Of a stretch of DNA of 52,386 nt, positions 8,727 through 17,993 are shown piece by piece. How positions within the stretch are numbered: position 1 is the first letter of the stretch; every line of letters starts with the position of its first letter. The DNA comes from an uncultured Spirochaetaceae bacterium (GTDB lineage: Bacteria; Spirochaetota; Spirochaetia; JAFGXN01), in assembly GCA_964369795.1 (NCBI GenBank), contig CAYJGX010000006.1, forward strand, positions 1,499-53,884, read 5' to 3'. Position numbers and translations under genes: made by a program. The notes under the pieces are model-generated. The model was given only the letters and a program-made list of their open reading frames with translations, searched no databases and was not told where the DNA came from.

Positions 8727-10016
8727 ATGAAAAAGGGGGTAAATTTAATTATGATTAGAAGATGGAGCTCTTTTTTTATTTTACTCTCTTTGCTTTTTTT
8801 GTCTCAAGGCTTGGTGGCTCAATTTAGCCCGATTGAATATCCTATGCTAGAGGTGTCGGGTTATAATTGGAAATTAAGTAGGACAGAAGTGGCTTTGGCA
8901 GAGGCTGATTTTTCTTTTTTGGAGATGCCTACTCTTGATGATTTACTTGAGGCAGATTGGAAAAGGGATGCTAAACTTTATACGAGTGTGATGGCTTTTT
9001 TTACTGGAGATGGAATTCCAGATCCAGGGGTTTTAGACTTAGAGAGTGGGATTGTGGTGGAATGTCACAAGAAGCGCGGTGTCGTTTTGTTTTCCTCGGG
9101 TGAAGGGCTGAGGGGAAAACAGATCTTGCTTTTAGCTGATGGTTCTAAGAACCTTCTTGAGGGGGGGAAGGTGAGCGATTTTTATTTGCCTGGGAATTTT
9201 GTTTTTCGGGGAATGGATGGGAAAAATCCTCGATTGGAGGTAACCCCCTCTTGGCCGGAGAACTACAGTGAAATTAAAATCGGAGATTTTTCCCTTCTCT
9301 TCCAAGGAAAAGATCGGCGGCACGCCGAATCTTTTTTATCGTATGCAGAGCCTGCATTAGGGCAGTTAAGAGGGAAATTAAACGAATTATTCGGGTTTGA
9401 AACCGACTCTTCGGTGCCAATTATTATTCCCCCGAATTTAGAGTCTTATGCGAAACTTTTTCGCGAAAACTCCAACCAGCCGATGTCCTGGTGGCCATTA
9501 GCCTTCCATAATTGCGGTTATGTCGCCTTATGGCCCCTCTCGCTGCCGCGTTACAACGACCCCGAGGGGCATGGCGAAAAATACTTCCGCGAAAAAGATC
9601 TCCTTCGGCTTGTCTACCACGAAGTGGCTCACCTTGCGGCACTCGAAGAGGCGGGTTGCTTGACCCAGATACCCGTCTGGCTAGACGAGGGAATTGCCGT
9701 TTACTTTTCCGCGGAAATTCAAACACAAATCAAAACCAGTTATCCTCGCTTGTTAAAAGAAAAGAAAGGCCTTCTCCCATGGGACTCCCTCGTGGAAGAA
9801 GGATTTACCGAATTTGCAGAGGCACAGTCACATCTAATGTACTTGCAAAGTTACGCTATGGTTGCCTATCTTTTAGAGGAATATGGCAAAGAGAAGCTAC
9901 GAGCTTACGTACAAAGTTTTCAAAATGGAAAAGAATGGAAAAATCAATTTGAAACTATTTATGGAGAAAGCTGGGAATCAAATCATAATAAATTTGAAAA
10001 AAGCCTTTTTGATTGA
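8727..10016 (+). CDS. Secreted zinc metallopeptidase-like protein (Peptidase_MA_2-like, HExxH)
   Basis: An N-terminal signal peptide is present. HEVAH (9618-9632) is followed by WLDEGIAVYFS. ATG 8751 (MIRRWSS...) is an alternative start. Confidence 0.55.
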   Translation: MKKGVNLIMIRRWSSFFILLSLLFLSQGLVAQFSPIEYPMLEVSGYNWKLSRTEVALAEADFSFLEMPTLDDLLEADWKRDAKLYTSVMAFFTGDGIPDPGVLDLESGIVVECHKKRGVVLFSSGEGLRGKQILLLADGSKNLLEGGKVSDFYLPGNFVFRGMDGKNPRLEVTPSWPENYSEIKIGDFSLLFQGKDRRHAESFLSYAEPALGQLRGKLNELFGFETDSSVPIIIPPNLESYAKLFRENSNQPMSWWPLAFHNCGYVALWPLSLPRYNDPEGHGEKYFREKDLLRLVYHEVAHLAALEEAGCLTQIPVWLDEGIAVYFSAEIQTQIKTSYPRLLKEKKGLLPWDSLVEEGFTEFAEAQSHLMYLQSYAMVAYLLEEYGKEKLRAYVQSFQNGKEWKNQFETIYGESWESNHNKFEKSLFD

Positions 10017-10063
10017 TACTTAATACAAAAATTATGCTATAATTATTTTATAATGAGGATTTT

Positions 10064-11512
10064 ATGAAACGAACACTTTTATTTACCCTTTTCATTTTCA
10101 TCACGATAAACTCTTTAGTCGCTCAAGAGAGTGGCATAAAAAGCAGAATACGGACACTAAACCCAGGAAAGCCCGTTTATTCATTACTAGAGCTTTCATC
10201 CGAAATACGAGAAAAAGAATTTTCTATCGAAATTCCTAGAAATGCATCTGGGTTTAAAATATCTTTAACCGAGGCAAGTGGTGATTTATCCTTACAATTT
10301 ATACACGGAGAGATCGAGTTAGAATCTGCTACAAGTGAATGGAATGAAACTCTCACATGGAATACCCCTACCGAGGGTAACTTACCCCAAGGCACAGCTA
10401 AAGTAACTGTTTCTGCCGATATTTTTTACCTATCAACTTTAACAGAGCCTTATAGCGATTTATCTTTTATTCTATTGCTAGAATGGACAGAACCCCCTCG
10501 AGCAAAAAATGCCAATCTCAATCAAAATAACCGTTTCCTATTACAAGATGAAACTCAAAACATCAGCATACATCAGCTAGGATTATCAACTGCTATCAAC
10601 CCCCTTCTATTTAATTGGAAAACATCGCAAGGGAGCGCAAAGGTTTTTATCAAATTCGGGAAAATTGCTTGGAAAGAATCGGAGGCCGATTACTCCTTCG
10701 ACATCGGAATGATCGAGAGCGATTTTATCTTAGACAGTGACTCCGCAACCCCCCTAAAACGAGGAAACTGGTATCTTACCTTTATTAACACCGACGATGA
10801 ATCCTCGGCAGGGGAATTTTCTGCAAAATGGATTCAAACAACATCAACCCGGCTTTCTGTATTAACAGGGGTTCCAATTATGGGTGGCAACGAAATTGAA
10901 GCAGCAATGTCTGCGGTTGTTGCTGTAAAAACCTCTTACCGCACAGTGGCAGGTGCTTTTATCTCGTCTAAAGGAGATGTTTTGACAAGTTATTCCGGAA
11001 TTGCTAGTCCTTCGGGAGAAACGGCTTCAGAAATAGTGGTTGCGGTTTCCCCTTCTATTCACGAGAATCCCGTTTTCGCCTTTACGGCACAATTAATCTC
11101 TTATAACAAAAAGATGGATTTAGCCTTGCTAAAACTCAAAGAGGCGGCTTACGGAAAAACGGTGCCTGCAAATTGGTCTTTTCCTTATTTAAAAGTGGCA
11201 AACTCCCTCGAAATATCGACGGGACAGCCTATTAATATTCTCGATTTCCCATTTGACCGCATTACAGGCAAGGCAGACACCATTGTCTCCTCCCGCGAAA
11301 CCATTGGAGGATTCGAAAAACAAGGCAATCAGCGCTGGTTTAAGGTCAACACAATGCTAGGCGGTGCAGGCGGAATTGCAATTAATGTCTATCACGAGAT
11401 TGTTGGAATCAATGCAGTTATGCCTCGGCGGACAAAAGATTCGAGCGTCGTCTATTTTACACCTGTCGAAGACTTTCCAACACAGTGGCAATCCATCATT
11501 CGGGACAACTAG
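10064..11512 (+). CDS. Secreted trypsin-fold (S1/Trypsin_2-like) protein with a degenerate catalytic triad
   Basis: A signal peptide is present. The C-terminal domain has DLALLKLK (Asp box). It has LTSYSGI where LTNAHV is expected, and GGAGG (11360-11374) where GDSGG or GNSGG is expected. Confidence 0.55.
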   Translation: MKRTLLFTLFIFITINSLVAQESGIKSRIRTLNPGKPVYSLLELSSEIREKEFSIEIPRNASGFKISLTEASGDLSLQFIHGEIELESATSEWNETLTWNTPTEGNLPQGTAKVTVSADIFYLSTLTEPYSDLSFILLLEWTEPPRAKNANLNQNNRFLLQDETQNISIHQLGLSTAINPLLFNWKTSQGSAKVFIKFGKIAWKESEADYSFDIGMIESDFILDSDSATPLKRGNWYLTFINTDDESSAGEFSAKWIQTTSTRLSVLTGVPIMGGNEIEAAMSAVVAVKTSYRTVAGAFISSKGDVLTSYSGIASPSGETASEIVVAVSPSIHENPVFAFTAQLISYNKKMDLALLKLKEAAYGKTVPANWSFPYLKVANSLEISTGQPINILDFPFDRITGKADTIVSSRETIGGFEKQGNQRWFKVNTMLGGAGGIAINVYHEIVGINAVMPRRTKDSSVVYFTPVEDFPTQWQSIIRDN

Positions 11513-11521
11513 TAGGTAAAT

Positions 11522-12880
11522 ATGGCTTGCTATTCTACCGAAGATTTATCTAAGACAAGAGAAATCATTGTCCCCCTTTTGCAAAAACTCATACAAAACC
11601 GTTGCATCAATTGCTCCGACCGTTCGGGCGGGAATGAAACGGTCAATGCCAAAGCACTCCAAGATTTCTTTGCTCAAGCGAACATTCCCTCCATATTAAA
11701 AGGCGTTGTCGAAAATAGAGACTCTCTTGTCGCCGTGGTGCCGGGCTCCTTAGAAAATCCAACCATCTATTCTCTTATGGGTCACATTGATGTTGTTGGA
11801 GCCGATTCTTCTAAGTGGTCGTTTGATCCTTTCTCTGGCCAATTTGATGGTGCATGGGTGTATGGACGCGGAACGGTGGCCATGTTAGGACAAATTGCAA
11901 TCATGGCGGCGGCAATGCGGGAGGTCATTCAAGAAAATGGAACCCCTTTACAAACGATTAAATATTTTGCGTTTGCAGATGAAGAAGCCGATGGTGTATT
12001 AGGAGCGGGGGCACTGCTTGATAGCGAGGCGGAGCTTTTTCGATGTGATAAAATGTTGACCGAGCTTGGTGGCTATTTTATTGATGATAATCATATTTCA
12101 ATTGCCTCTTGCGAAAAAGGGGTTTTGAGAATTCAGCTGGTGGCGCATGGTTGCTCTGGACATGGGAGCATGCCGTATAAGGCGGAAAATGCCGCCCTTC
12201 TTTTAAACAAGGCCATCGCTAAAATATCAGAAATCGAAATAAAGCCGCTTTACACTCAGGAAGCCCGCTATATGATACAAGCAATGCCATTTCCTGCGGA
12301 ATTAAAAGAGGCTCTCTTAAATCCTGCGACACTCGAGGAAGCTTTAAGCGATTTATATAAATGCTCTCCTTGTTTGGCAAAACTCGTTCATTCATCGCTC
12401 TTTTTGACAATGAGCTTAGGATTAGTCAATGCGGGGATTGCAGTCAATGTCATTCCCTATTGTGCAGAGGCGCATTATGATATTCGTATCCAACCTGGGC
12501 AAACAAAAGAGATGATCATAAAACTATTTAATGAAGCACTATCAGGACTCAATATCGACATCTATGAACGAGAATATTGCGAACCTAATGCCTCTGCCAT
12601 CAACACTCATTTCACGAAAACATTAGAAGAGACGGTTAAGTCTTTCTACCCCGATGCGAAACTTGTGCCAGTTGTTCCAGCTGGGGTGACAGATGGCAGG
12701 TATTTTAGAAAAAAAGGAACAGATGTATATGGCTTTTCACTCTTTTCACGAAAGTATAGCTATGATTTCTTTGCAAAAAGGCTTCATGGGGTCGATGAAA
12801 AGATTGATTTAGAGAGTTTGGCGATTGGTTTTTCTTTTTATAAGAGATTATTAAAAGAAATTTTGTATGTGGAAAATTAA
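11522..12880 (+). CDS. M20 family metallopeptidase/deacylase homologue (ArgE/DapE/CPG2 fold)
   Basis: The motifs GHIDVVG, ADEEADG and a GHGS block are present. The GRGxxDMKG box reads GRGTVAMLG (11864-11890). There is no signal peptide. Confidence 0.7.
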   Translation: MACYSTEDLSKTREIIVPLLQKLIQNRCINCSDRSGGNETVNAKALQDFFAQANIPSILKGVVENRDSLVAVVPGSLENPTIYSLMGHIDVVGADSSKWSFDPFSGQFDGAWVYGRGTVAMLGQIAIMAAAMREVIQENGTPLQTIKYFAFADEEADGVLGAGALLDSEAELFRCDKMLTELGGYFIDDNHISIASCEKGVLRIQLVAHGCSGHGSMPYKAENAALLLNKAIAKISEIEIKPLYTQEARYMIQAMPFPAELKEALLNPATLEEALSDLYKCSPCLAKLVHSSLFLTMSLGLVNAGIAVNVIPYCAEAHYDIRIQPGQTKEMIIKLFNEALSGLNIDIYEREYCEPNASAINTHFTKTLEETVKSFYPDAKLVPVVPAGVTDGRYFRKKGTDVYGFSLFSRKYSYDFFAKRLHGVDEKIDLESLAIGFSFYKRLLKEILYVEN

Positions 12881-12953
12881 AAATAGATTAAAAAAAGATA
12901 AAAAACGCAAAAATTAGGCAATTTAGTCTATCTTTTTTTCTATTTATAGATTA

Positions 12954-14648
12954 ATGTTATTGAACATGAGAAGATATTTACTTGGTTTTATCTTAATTTT
13001 TATTTTTCTCTCTCTTTATATATCATGCGAAAAGAAGCAATCGGGCGAATCTTCTGTTATTAGCGAAGTAAATGTAGATCCTATACGGGTTCAACCTTCC
13101 ATCGAATTAGTCGAACCAGAGGCAAAACCTATTATAATAGAGCCCACAATAGTAAAAGCGGCTCCCCGAAAAGTGGAAAAGATCAATCCCACGACTCCCT
13201 TTCAAATAGAAATTAATGCGAGTGAGGGGGGAAGGGCTTTTTTTAAAGAAGAACGAGTCCTAACTGGAAATCCATTTATTGCAATTGCGCAAGCTAACGA
13301 AGGTTACTACTTTGATCATTGGGAAATTCAATCGGGAACGACTCAAGATCCTGTTACGCTTGAACAAATTTCAATTAAAGAGGCAGAAAACGGTATTTCG
13401 GTAAAGGCTATATTCAACAAAGCCTTAAACACTCTCTTTGTTAATAATCGGGCAACATCAGTTGGTAACGGAACCCACGATACGCCCTATAAATCTTTAT
13501 CAAGTGCAACACGCGAGGCAGTTTCTCGAATAAAAAAAGTAAATGCGCTTAAAATAGAAATTCGTGTCGCGTCGGGGAACTACCAACTAGCACGGCAAGA
13601 AATGCTAGAATTGGTTTCTGGGATTTCAATTATTGGTGGCTTCAATCCAAATTCATGGGAGCAAGAAGGAAAGGGAGCTCCCCCCACATTAATACGAGCG
13701 GCTAGCTCTTTTATAGCAGAATCTCTTATCTCTATTTCATCAATAGAAGGAGATCATTTTTCAAAAAACAACACGGGAGAGGTTAGCTTATCTTCTTTAG
13801 TCATAGATGGGGCAAGCAATAGAGCTAGGCTTATTTCGGCAGAAAATATCCACCTTAAGTTAGCGGAAATTCGCTTAGAAGGGTATGGAGACTCTCTTGT
13901 GACTGCTTTTAATGCAGGACTTACCCTTGTCGATTCTACACTTCTTTCGTTAGGTCGTCGAACGACGGTCATCAATGTAGGGCCAGCCTCAGATCCTGGA
14001 GTCTATATTGCCAATAATGAAATTTTGCTTGGTAAAGAAACTAGAAAAGCTCAACAAGCTGTGGGAATTCAAATTTATAGCCCAGAATCTCTTTCTTATA
14101 ACAGCATACAGGTTATTGGAAACCAAATTTTAGCCCATGTGAACGAAAGCTTCACCGGGATTAAAATTGACAATGGCTCCATGATTTGTAACAACAATCG
14201 CATCGAATCCTTTAATCCAGCGACAAGCAGTAGTTTTGGAATGGAATTGCAAGGTGAGGCGGTAGTCAATAAAAACTGGATTTCGATTGGGTCGGAAAAC
14301 GGTTATGGTTTAAGCCTTCGAAGCAATAAATCATCGGGGCGAATATTAAATAATACAATTATTACTCGTTCGATTAGCGATAATGGCAAGCTCACTGCTT
14401 GTGGTCCTATTTCTGGCGACGACTTAATGATCTCTTACAATATTTTTGTTAACCCCGCACAAAGCAGCGAAGCAGTCTTGGGCGTCAATCTTCTTACAGA
14501 AGGACATACCGTCTCTAATAACCGACTTATTTCTAATAATGTGGAAGAAAAACAATTTCTAATTGGCCTCAATGGAAATATGGATGTGCTTCCAGACGAA
14601 CTCAAGTCAATCGCAGAAACGGCTCAAGAGGTCGAAATCTTATACTAA
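12954..14648 (+). CDS. Lipoprotein with one divergent InlB B-repeat and a right-handed beta-helix (DUF1565/pectate-lyase-like) region
   Basis: The lipobox is FLSLYISC. A B-repeat reads YYFDHWEI...VKAIF. GTHDTPYKSLSSA is followed by repetitive N/G/I-rich segments. ATG 12966 is an alternative start. Confidence 0.6.
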   Translation: MLLNMRRYLLGFILIFIFLSLYISCEKKQSGESSVISEVNVDPIRVQPSIELVEPEAKPIIIEPTIVKAAPRKVEKINPTTPFQIEINASEGGRAFFKEERVLTGNPFIAIAQANEGYYFDHWEIQSGTTQDPVTLEQISIKEAENGISVKAIFNKALNTLFVNNRATSVGNGTHDTPYKSLSSATREAVSRIKKVNALKIEIRVASGNYQLARQEMLELVSGISIIGGFNPNSWEQEGKGAPPTLIRAASSFIAESLISISSIEGDHFSKNNTGEVSLSSLVIDGASNRARLISAENIHLKLAEIRLEGYGDSLVTAFNAGLTLVDSTLLSLGRRTTVINVGPASDPGVYIANNEILLGKETRKAQQAVGIQIYSPESLSYNSIQVIGNQILAHVNESFTGIKIDNGSMICNNNRIESFNPATSSSFGMELQGEAVVNKNWISIGSENGYGLSLRSNKSSGRILNNTIITRSISDNGKLTACGPISGDDLMISYNIFVNPAQSSEAVLGVNLLTEGHTVSNNRLISNNVEEKQFLIGLNGNMDVLPDELKSIAETAQEVEILY

Positions 14649-14655
14649 TTTAATA

Positions 14656-15798
14656 TTAGTTGCTTAAAATTCCGTATACTGTAAACTGATAACTCTTTGA
14701 TCGTGTCGAATAGATGGGTCTAACTTGGATATAGTGGCGAGCATTGGTCAAATCGGTTGCAATATAGATTACTTTGTCCTCTTCTATAGGAGAATAGAGA
14801 CTAATTTGTTTGGTATATTGGCCATCTATTTGAGTTTCGATAATTCCTTCGTTCGGCCCTACTTTAACCCAATAAGCAATTGTATTCCCGTGGACAAACC
14901 CCGTAAAGCCAGCACTCTTGCTTGTTGCACGAAAACATTTATCTGGCGCCTTTCCATTAAAATAACGAAGGGCATTTTGATTTTCTTCTGGGGTTAGCGA
15001 ATCGCGGTTGATTTCCCAATGGCTTCTCATTTGGTCTGCATCATGAACATCGGCATTGTCGATTGCGCCTGTAAAAATTTTTGGGGGCTCTTCTAGTCGG
15101 TCGGATTCTAGGCTTAGTGGATTGGGGTCGTTTGTGACCTTGGAAAAATAATTGGCAATCGCGTCGTGTGTGATTTCGATGGCCGCTTTTGAATCGGAGG
15201 TTGCGAAATCGGCAAGCTTGTATTCTCCTTGTTGAATTTTATCTGCTACGATTTTTGATAAGTTGATGTAGGAGATGGGATATGCAGAGACGATTTCGTC
15301 TGAGAGGTGGGCGAGGGTTGGGATTTCGCCGTTTAAATAGGATTCGATAAAATGGATGTTGATACTATACAAAAATAAAATTTGGGTAGTCTTTTCCTGG
15401 TCGATAGAGCGTCTAATCCCACCTTCGAGGGCTAGATTGTATTCTTTACCCTCCGTTTTATAGATCTCATCTTCCATTAGAGAATTGATAATGAGAAAAT
15501 GGGGCTCTTCTTCATCAACAACCTCTTCTACGGTAAAGGGGAAGGCAAGCGTTCCCGAGTTGATGGTGGGCATATGTAATATTTGGAGACTCTTAAAAAG
15601 GCTTTCACTACTAATTTTGGATTGGAGTTGCGAATTATATTGAGCCTGTGTGTCGGGCTGATAAAGGGCTACTAGTAGGGGTTCTTTTTCTTTGGTAAAT
15701 TCTTCTATATCGAAGTTGTAATAATACTTTTGGGTTGCGGACAAAAATGACAAGCTAAAAGTTGTGATAAGAAGATATGCTATTAAATGTTTTTTCAT
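14656..15798 (-). CDS. Hypothetical secreted protein
   Basis: This is a 380-aa ORF with an N-terminal signal peptide (MKKHLIAYLLITTFSLSFLSA). I recognise no family motif. Confidence 0.6.
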   Translation of the reverse strand: MKKHLIAYLLITTFSLSFLSATQKYYYNFDIEEFTKEKEPLLVALYQPDTQAQYNSQLQSKISSESLFKSLQILHMPTINSGTLAFPFTVEEVVDEEEPHFLIINSLMEDEIYKTEGKEYNLALEGGIRRSIDQEKTTQILFLYSINIHFIESYLNGEIPTLAHLSDEIVSAYPISYINLSKIVADKIQQGEYKLADFATSDSKAAIEITHDAIANYFSKVTNDPNPLSLESDRLEEPPKIFTGAIDNADVHDADQMRSHWEINRDSLTPEENQNALRYFNGKAPDKCFRATSKSAGFTGFVHGNTIAYWVKVGPNEGIIETQIDGQYTKQISLYSPIEEDKVIYIATDLTNARHYIQVRPIYSTRSKSYQFTVYGILSN

Positions 15799-15851
15799 TG
15801 TAAACCTCGGTAGAATTATAATCTAACAATTTTGCTAAGGCAAGCGGAATA

Positions 15852-17054
15852 TTACCTAAATATGAAAAAGGCGCATTTAATGGAACCGTTAAAAAAGACT
15901 ATTTTTTGGTGTGTAATTCCATTGGTGTTGCTTAGCAAAGCCTTTTCTTCTTCTTTTCCTGGGGTGATGAGGGCGACACGAGCGGGCGAAAAAGATGTTG
16001 CAATCATCGTTCCAAGTTGGCTGAATTGTTGAGTGTTTGTTGAAATTCGTTTTCCGTAGGGCGGATTTAGAAGAATTAGAGAATCCGCATCGAGCTTTTG
16101 GTTTTTCCAATAGTTAGGATCAAAACAATCTTGGATTGTTGGGGTTGGGGAGCTAAGGCTGATGGTGGAGGGCATTTTATTTTGAAGTTCTTTTAGGTTG
16201 ATGGCTGTTGCGTTGACCGCTTTGGGGTCGAGGTCGCTTGGATAGAATTCCTGTGCCATGGAGGGAACTTTTGGTGTGCATTTTTTAGCGAGATAGTCAA
16301 AGGTGCTTTTTCTAAAGGAGGGCCACTCGTGGAAAGGAAAAGTGCGAGCGATGCCAGGAGCGAGCTCTAAGGCGTTTGCAATGGCTTCTAGAGTAAAAGT
16401 TCCACTGCCGCACATGGGGTCAAATATGCGCCTGTATGAGGCTACAGAGGCGGATTTTAGCATGAGTGCGGCAGTGGTTTCTCGTATTGGGGCATGATTA
16501 ATGGCTTTCCGATAACCGTGTTTATAGAAATTGCTGCCACTGCAATCGATGCTTATCTGATATTGATTGTTTTCACCTCGGATATAGAGTTTTTGGATTT
16601 GCTCGTGGGTCATTGTTTGACTGTTTGTTTTAGTTGCAAGAGTTTTAATTATTTCGCGGTTTAATATATTTTCGAGTAAAAGCGCCTCTGGAATTCGGCA
16701 GTTACTTAGTTTTGAATCGACTACAAGAAAAGAGGTGGGCAAAGAGTGGGGTAAATAGAGTTCCCATGGGATTTCTTTAATTTTAGAAGAAAATTCGCCG
16801 ATAGTTCCCGCCCGAATTTTCTTTATTCGCAAACGGACAGAAGTTAAAGTTCTGGATTTAAGATGTAGTAGCCATACCGATTCTAGTTTGGCAAAAAACT
16901 CTACGCCTCCTTCGCAAAGAGAGGTTTCTGTGTTAGGAAGAATTTCTAAAATTTCATTTTGGGCTATGGATTCAAATCCAGGGCGTACAACAGCAAAAAA
17001 AGGAAGAAGGGGAGCTTTTAGATATTTTTTAATTTTACGCTCAAAAGCAGTCAT
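15852..17054 (-). CDS. THUMP-domain class I SAM-dependent RNA methyltransferase (RlmL/UPF0020-like)
   Basis: SAM motif I is DPMCGSGTFTLEA and the catalytic motif is LLNPPYGKR. The N-terminal region is THUMP-like. Confidence 0.8.
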   Translation of the reverse strand: MTAFERKIKKYLKAPLLPFFAVVRPGFESIAQNEILEILPNTETSLCEGGVEFFAKLESVWLLHLKSRTLTSVRLRIKKIRAGTIGEFSSKIKEIPWELYLPHSLPTSFLVVDSKLSNCRIPEALLLENILNREIIKTLATKTNSQTMTHEQIQKLYIRGENNQYQISIDCSGSNFYKHGYRKAINHAPIRETTAALMLKSASVASYRRIFDPMCGSGTFTLEAIANALELAPGIARTFPFHEWPSFRKSTFDYLAKKCTPKVPSMAQEFYPSDLDPKAVNATAINLKELQNKMPSTISLSSPTPTIQDCFDPNYWKNQKLDADSLILLNPPYGKRISTNTQQFSQLGTMIATSFSPARVALITPGKEEEKALLSNTNGITHQKIVFFNGSIKCAFFIFR

Positions 17055-17109
17055 TATTTATTCTAGCATATTGTCGTTAAAAATTATATACTGTTAACAG
17101 AGGAAAAAA

Positions 17110-17691
17110 ATGACAAATTCTGAAGAAAATTTACTTTGGCACGAACTTTCTCGTGAAAAGGTCAAAGATTGTGTCATCTTTGACTATTGGAAGGTCAATA
17201 GAAAAAACATAGCAGGAAACGAAGCTTCGTTCGCTTTAATCGATGCCCCAAACTGGGTGACCATTGTCGCGCCCATTAGTAATAATGGACAACCCTCTTT
17301 TCTAATGGTAAAACAATTTCGCCATGGGAGTGCCTCGCTAACAATGGAATTTCCTGCGGGCACCGTCGATCGGGGGGAAGAGCCTCTTAGTGCAGCTAAG
17401 CGCGAACTTATGGAAGAAACGGGCTATGAAGCGAAAGAGTGGGTAGAACTAGGAGCCATCAATCCAAATCCTGCATTTATGGCAAATACAAGTTACACCT
17501 ACTTAGCCCTTGGACTCAAAAAAGTTGGAGAATTAAATTTAGACCCGCTAGAGTCGCTTGACCCTTACATCGTCCCAGAAGAAGAGGTTCAATCCCAAAT
17601 GGGAAGCGGACTTTATGATAATGGGATTATGGTTACTGCCTTAGCCTTGTACAATCGGTATAAAAGCGAGCAAAATTTCTCGATTGACTAA
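17110..17691 (+). CDS. NUDIX hydrolase (ADP-ribose pyrophosphatase-like)
   Basis: GTVDRGEEPLSAAKRELMEETGY fits the Nudix box GX5EX7REUXEEXGU. Confidence 0.85.
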   Translation: MTNSEENLLWHELSREKVKDCVIFDYWKVNRKNIAGNEASFALIDAPNWVTIVAPISNNGQPSFLMVKQFRHGSASLTMEFPAGTVDRGEEPLSAAKRELMEETGYEAKEWVELGAINPNPAFMANTSYTYLALGLKKVGELNLDPLESLDPYIVPEEEVQSQMGSGLYDNGIMVTALALYNRYKSEQNFSID

Positions 17692-17698
17692 TTTGTGA

Positions 17699-17727
17699 TT
17701 GATTTATATGCCTTTTAATCGTATAAT
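17699..17727 (+). promoter_or_regulatory. Candidate sigma70 promoter (TTGATT - 17 nt - TATAAT) of the ferredoxin gene
   Basis: TTGATT is at 17699-17704 and TATAAT at 17722-17727. AAAGGAG and ATG 17758 lie downstream. Confidence 0.55.
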
Positions 17728-17757
17728 AAGCTATCGTTAAGAAAAAGGAGAAAAACT

Positions 17758-17925
17758 ATGGCAAGAGTTATTTCATCAGATTGTATTGCTTGCGGTTCAT
17801 GTGTACCTGCATGTCCTGTAGACGCAATTGCGGAAGGCGATATCTATGTAATCGAAGCAGATGCATGTATCGATTGTGCGGCTTGTGAGGGTGAATGCCC
17901 AACAAGTGCTATCTCAGAGGCGTAA
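17758..17925 (+). CDS. 2x[4Fe-4S] ferredoxin (55 aa, below the ORF-track length cutoff)
   Basis: My own translation is MARVISSDCIACGSCVPACPVDAIAEGDIYVIEADACIDCAACEGECPTSAISEA, which contains two CxxCxxCxxxCP clusters. An AAAGGAG ribosome-binding site is present, and the gene has its own promoter and terminator. Confidence 0.85.
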   Translation: MARVISSDCIACGSCVPACPVDAIAEGDIYVIEADACIDCAACEGECPTSAISEA

Positions 17926-17946
17926 GTTTAAACGTCTTTTAGTGGA

Positions 17947-17993
17947 AAGGACTGTCTTAAACGTTGTTTACAACGAAAGGCAGTCCTTTTTTT
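17947..17993. terminator. Hairpin plus T-run terminator shared by the ferredoxin gene and the convergent minus-strand gene
   Basis: The stem pairs aaggactg with cagtcctt and is followed by T7. The hairpin abuts the stop codon of the 17992..18678 minus-strand ORF. Confidence 0.65.

Noticed and set aside
9424-9952. ORFs 9424..9726 (-) and 9512..9952 (+) inside the metallopeptidase-like gene
   Set aside because: Their translations are Arg/Pro-rich and nonsense-like, lying in a locally GC-rich stretch. The overlapping frame carries the HExxH and WLDEG motifs and a signal peptide.
14644-14660. Small palindrome actaat-ttaat-attagt spanning the two convergent stop codons
   Set aside because: The stem is 6 bp and all A/T-rich, which is too weak to call a terminator.
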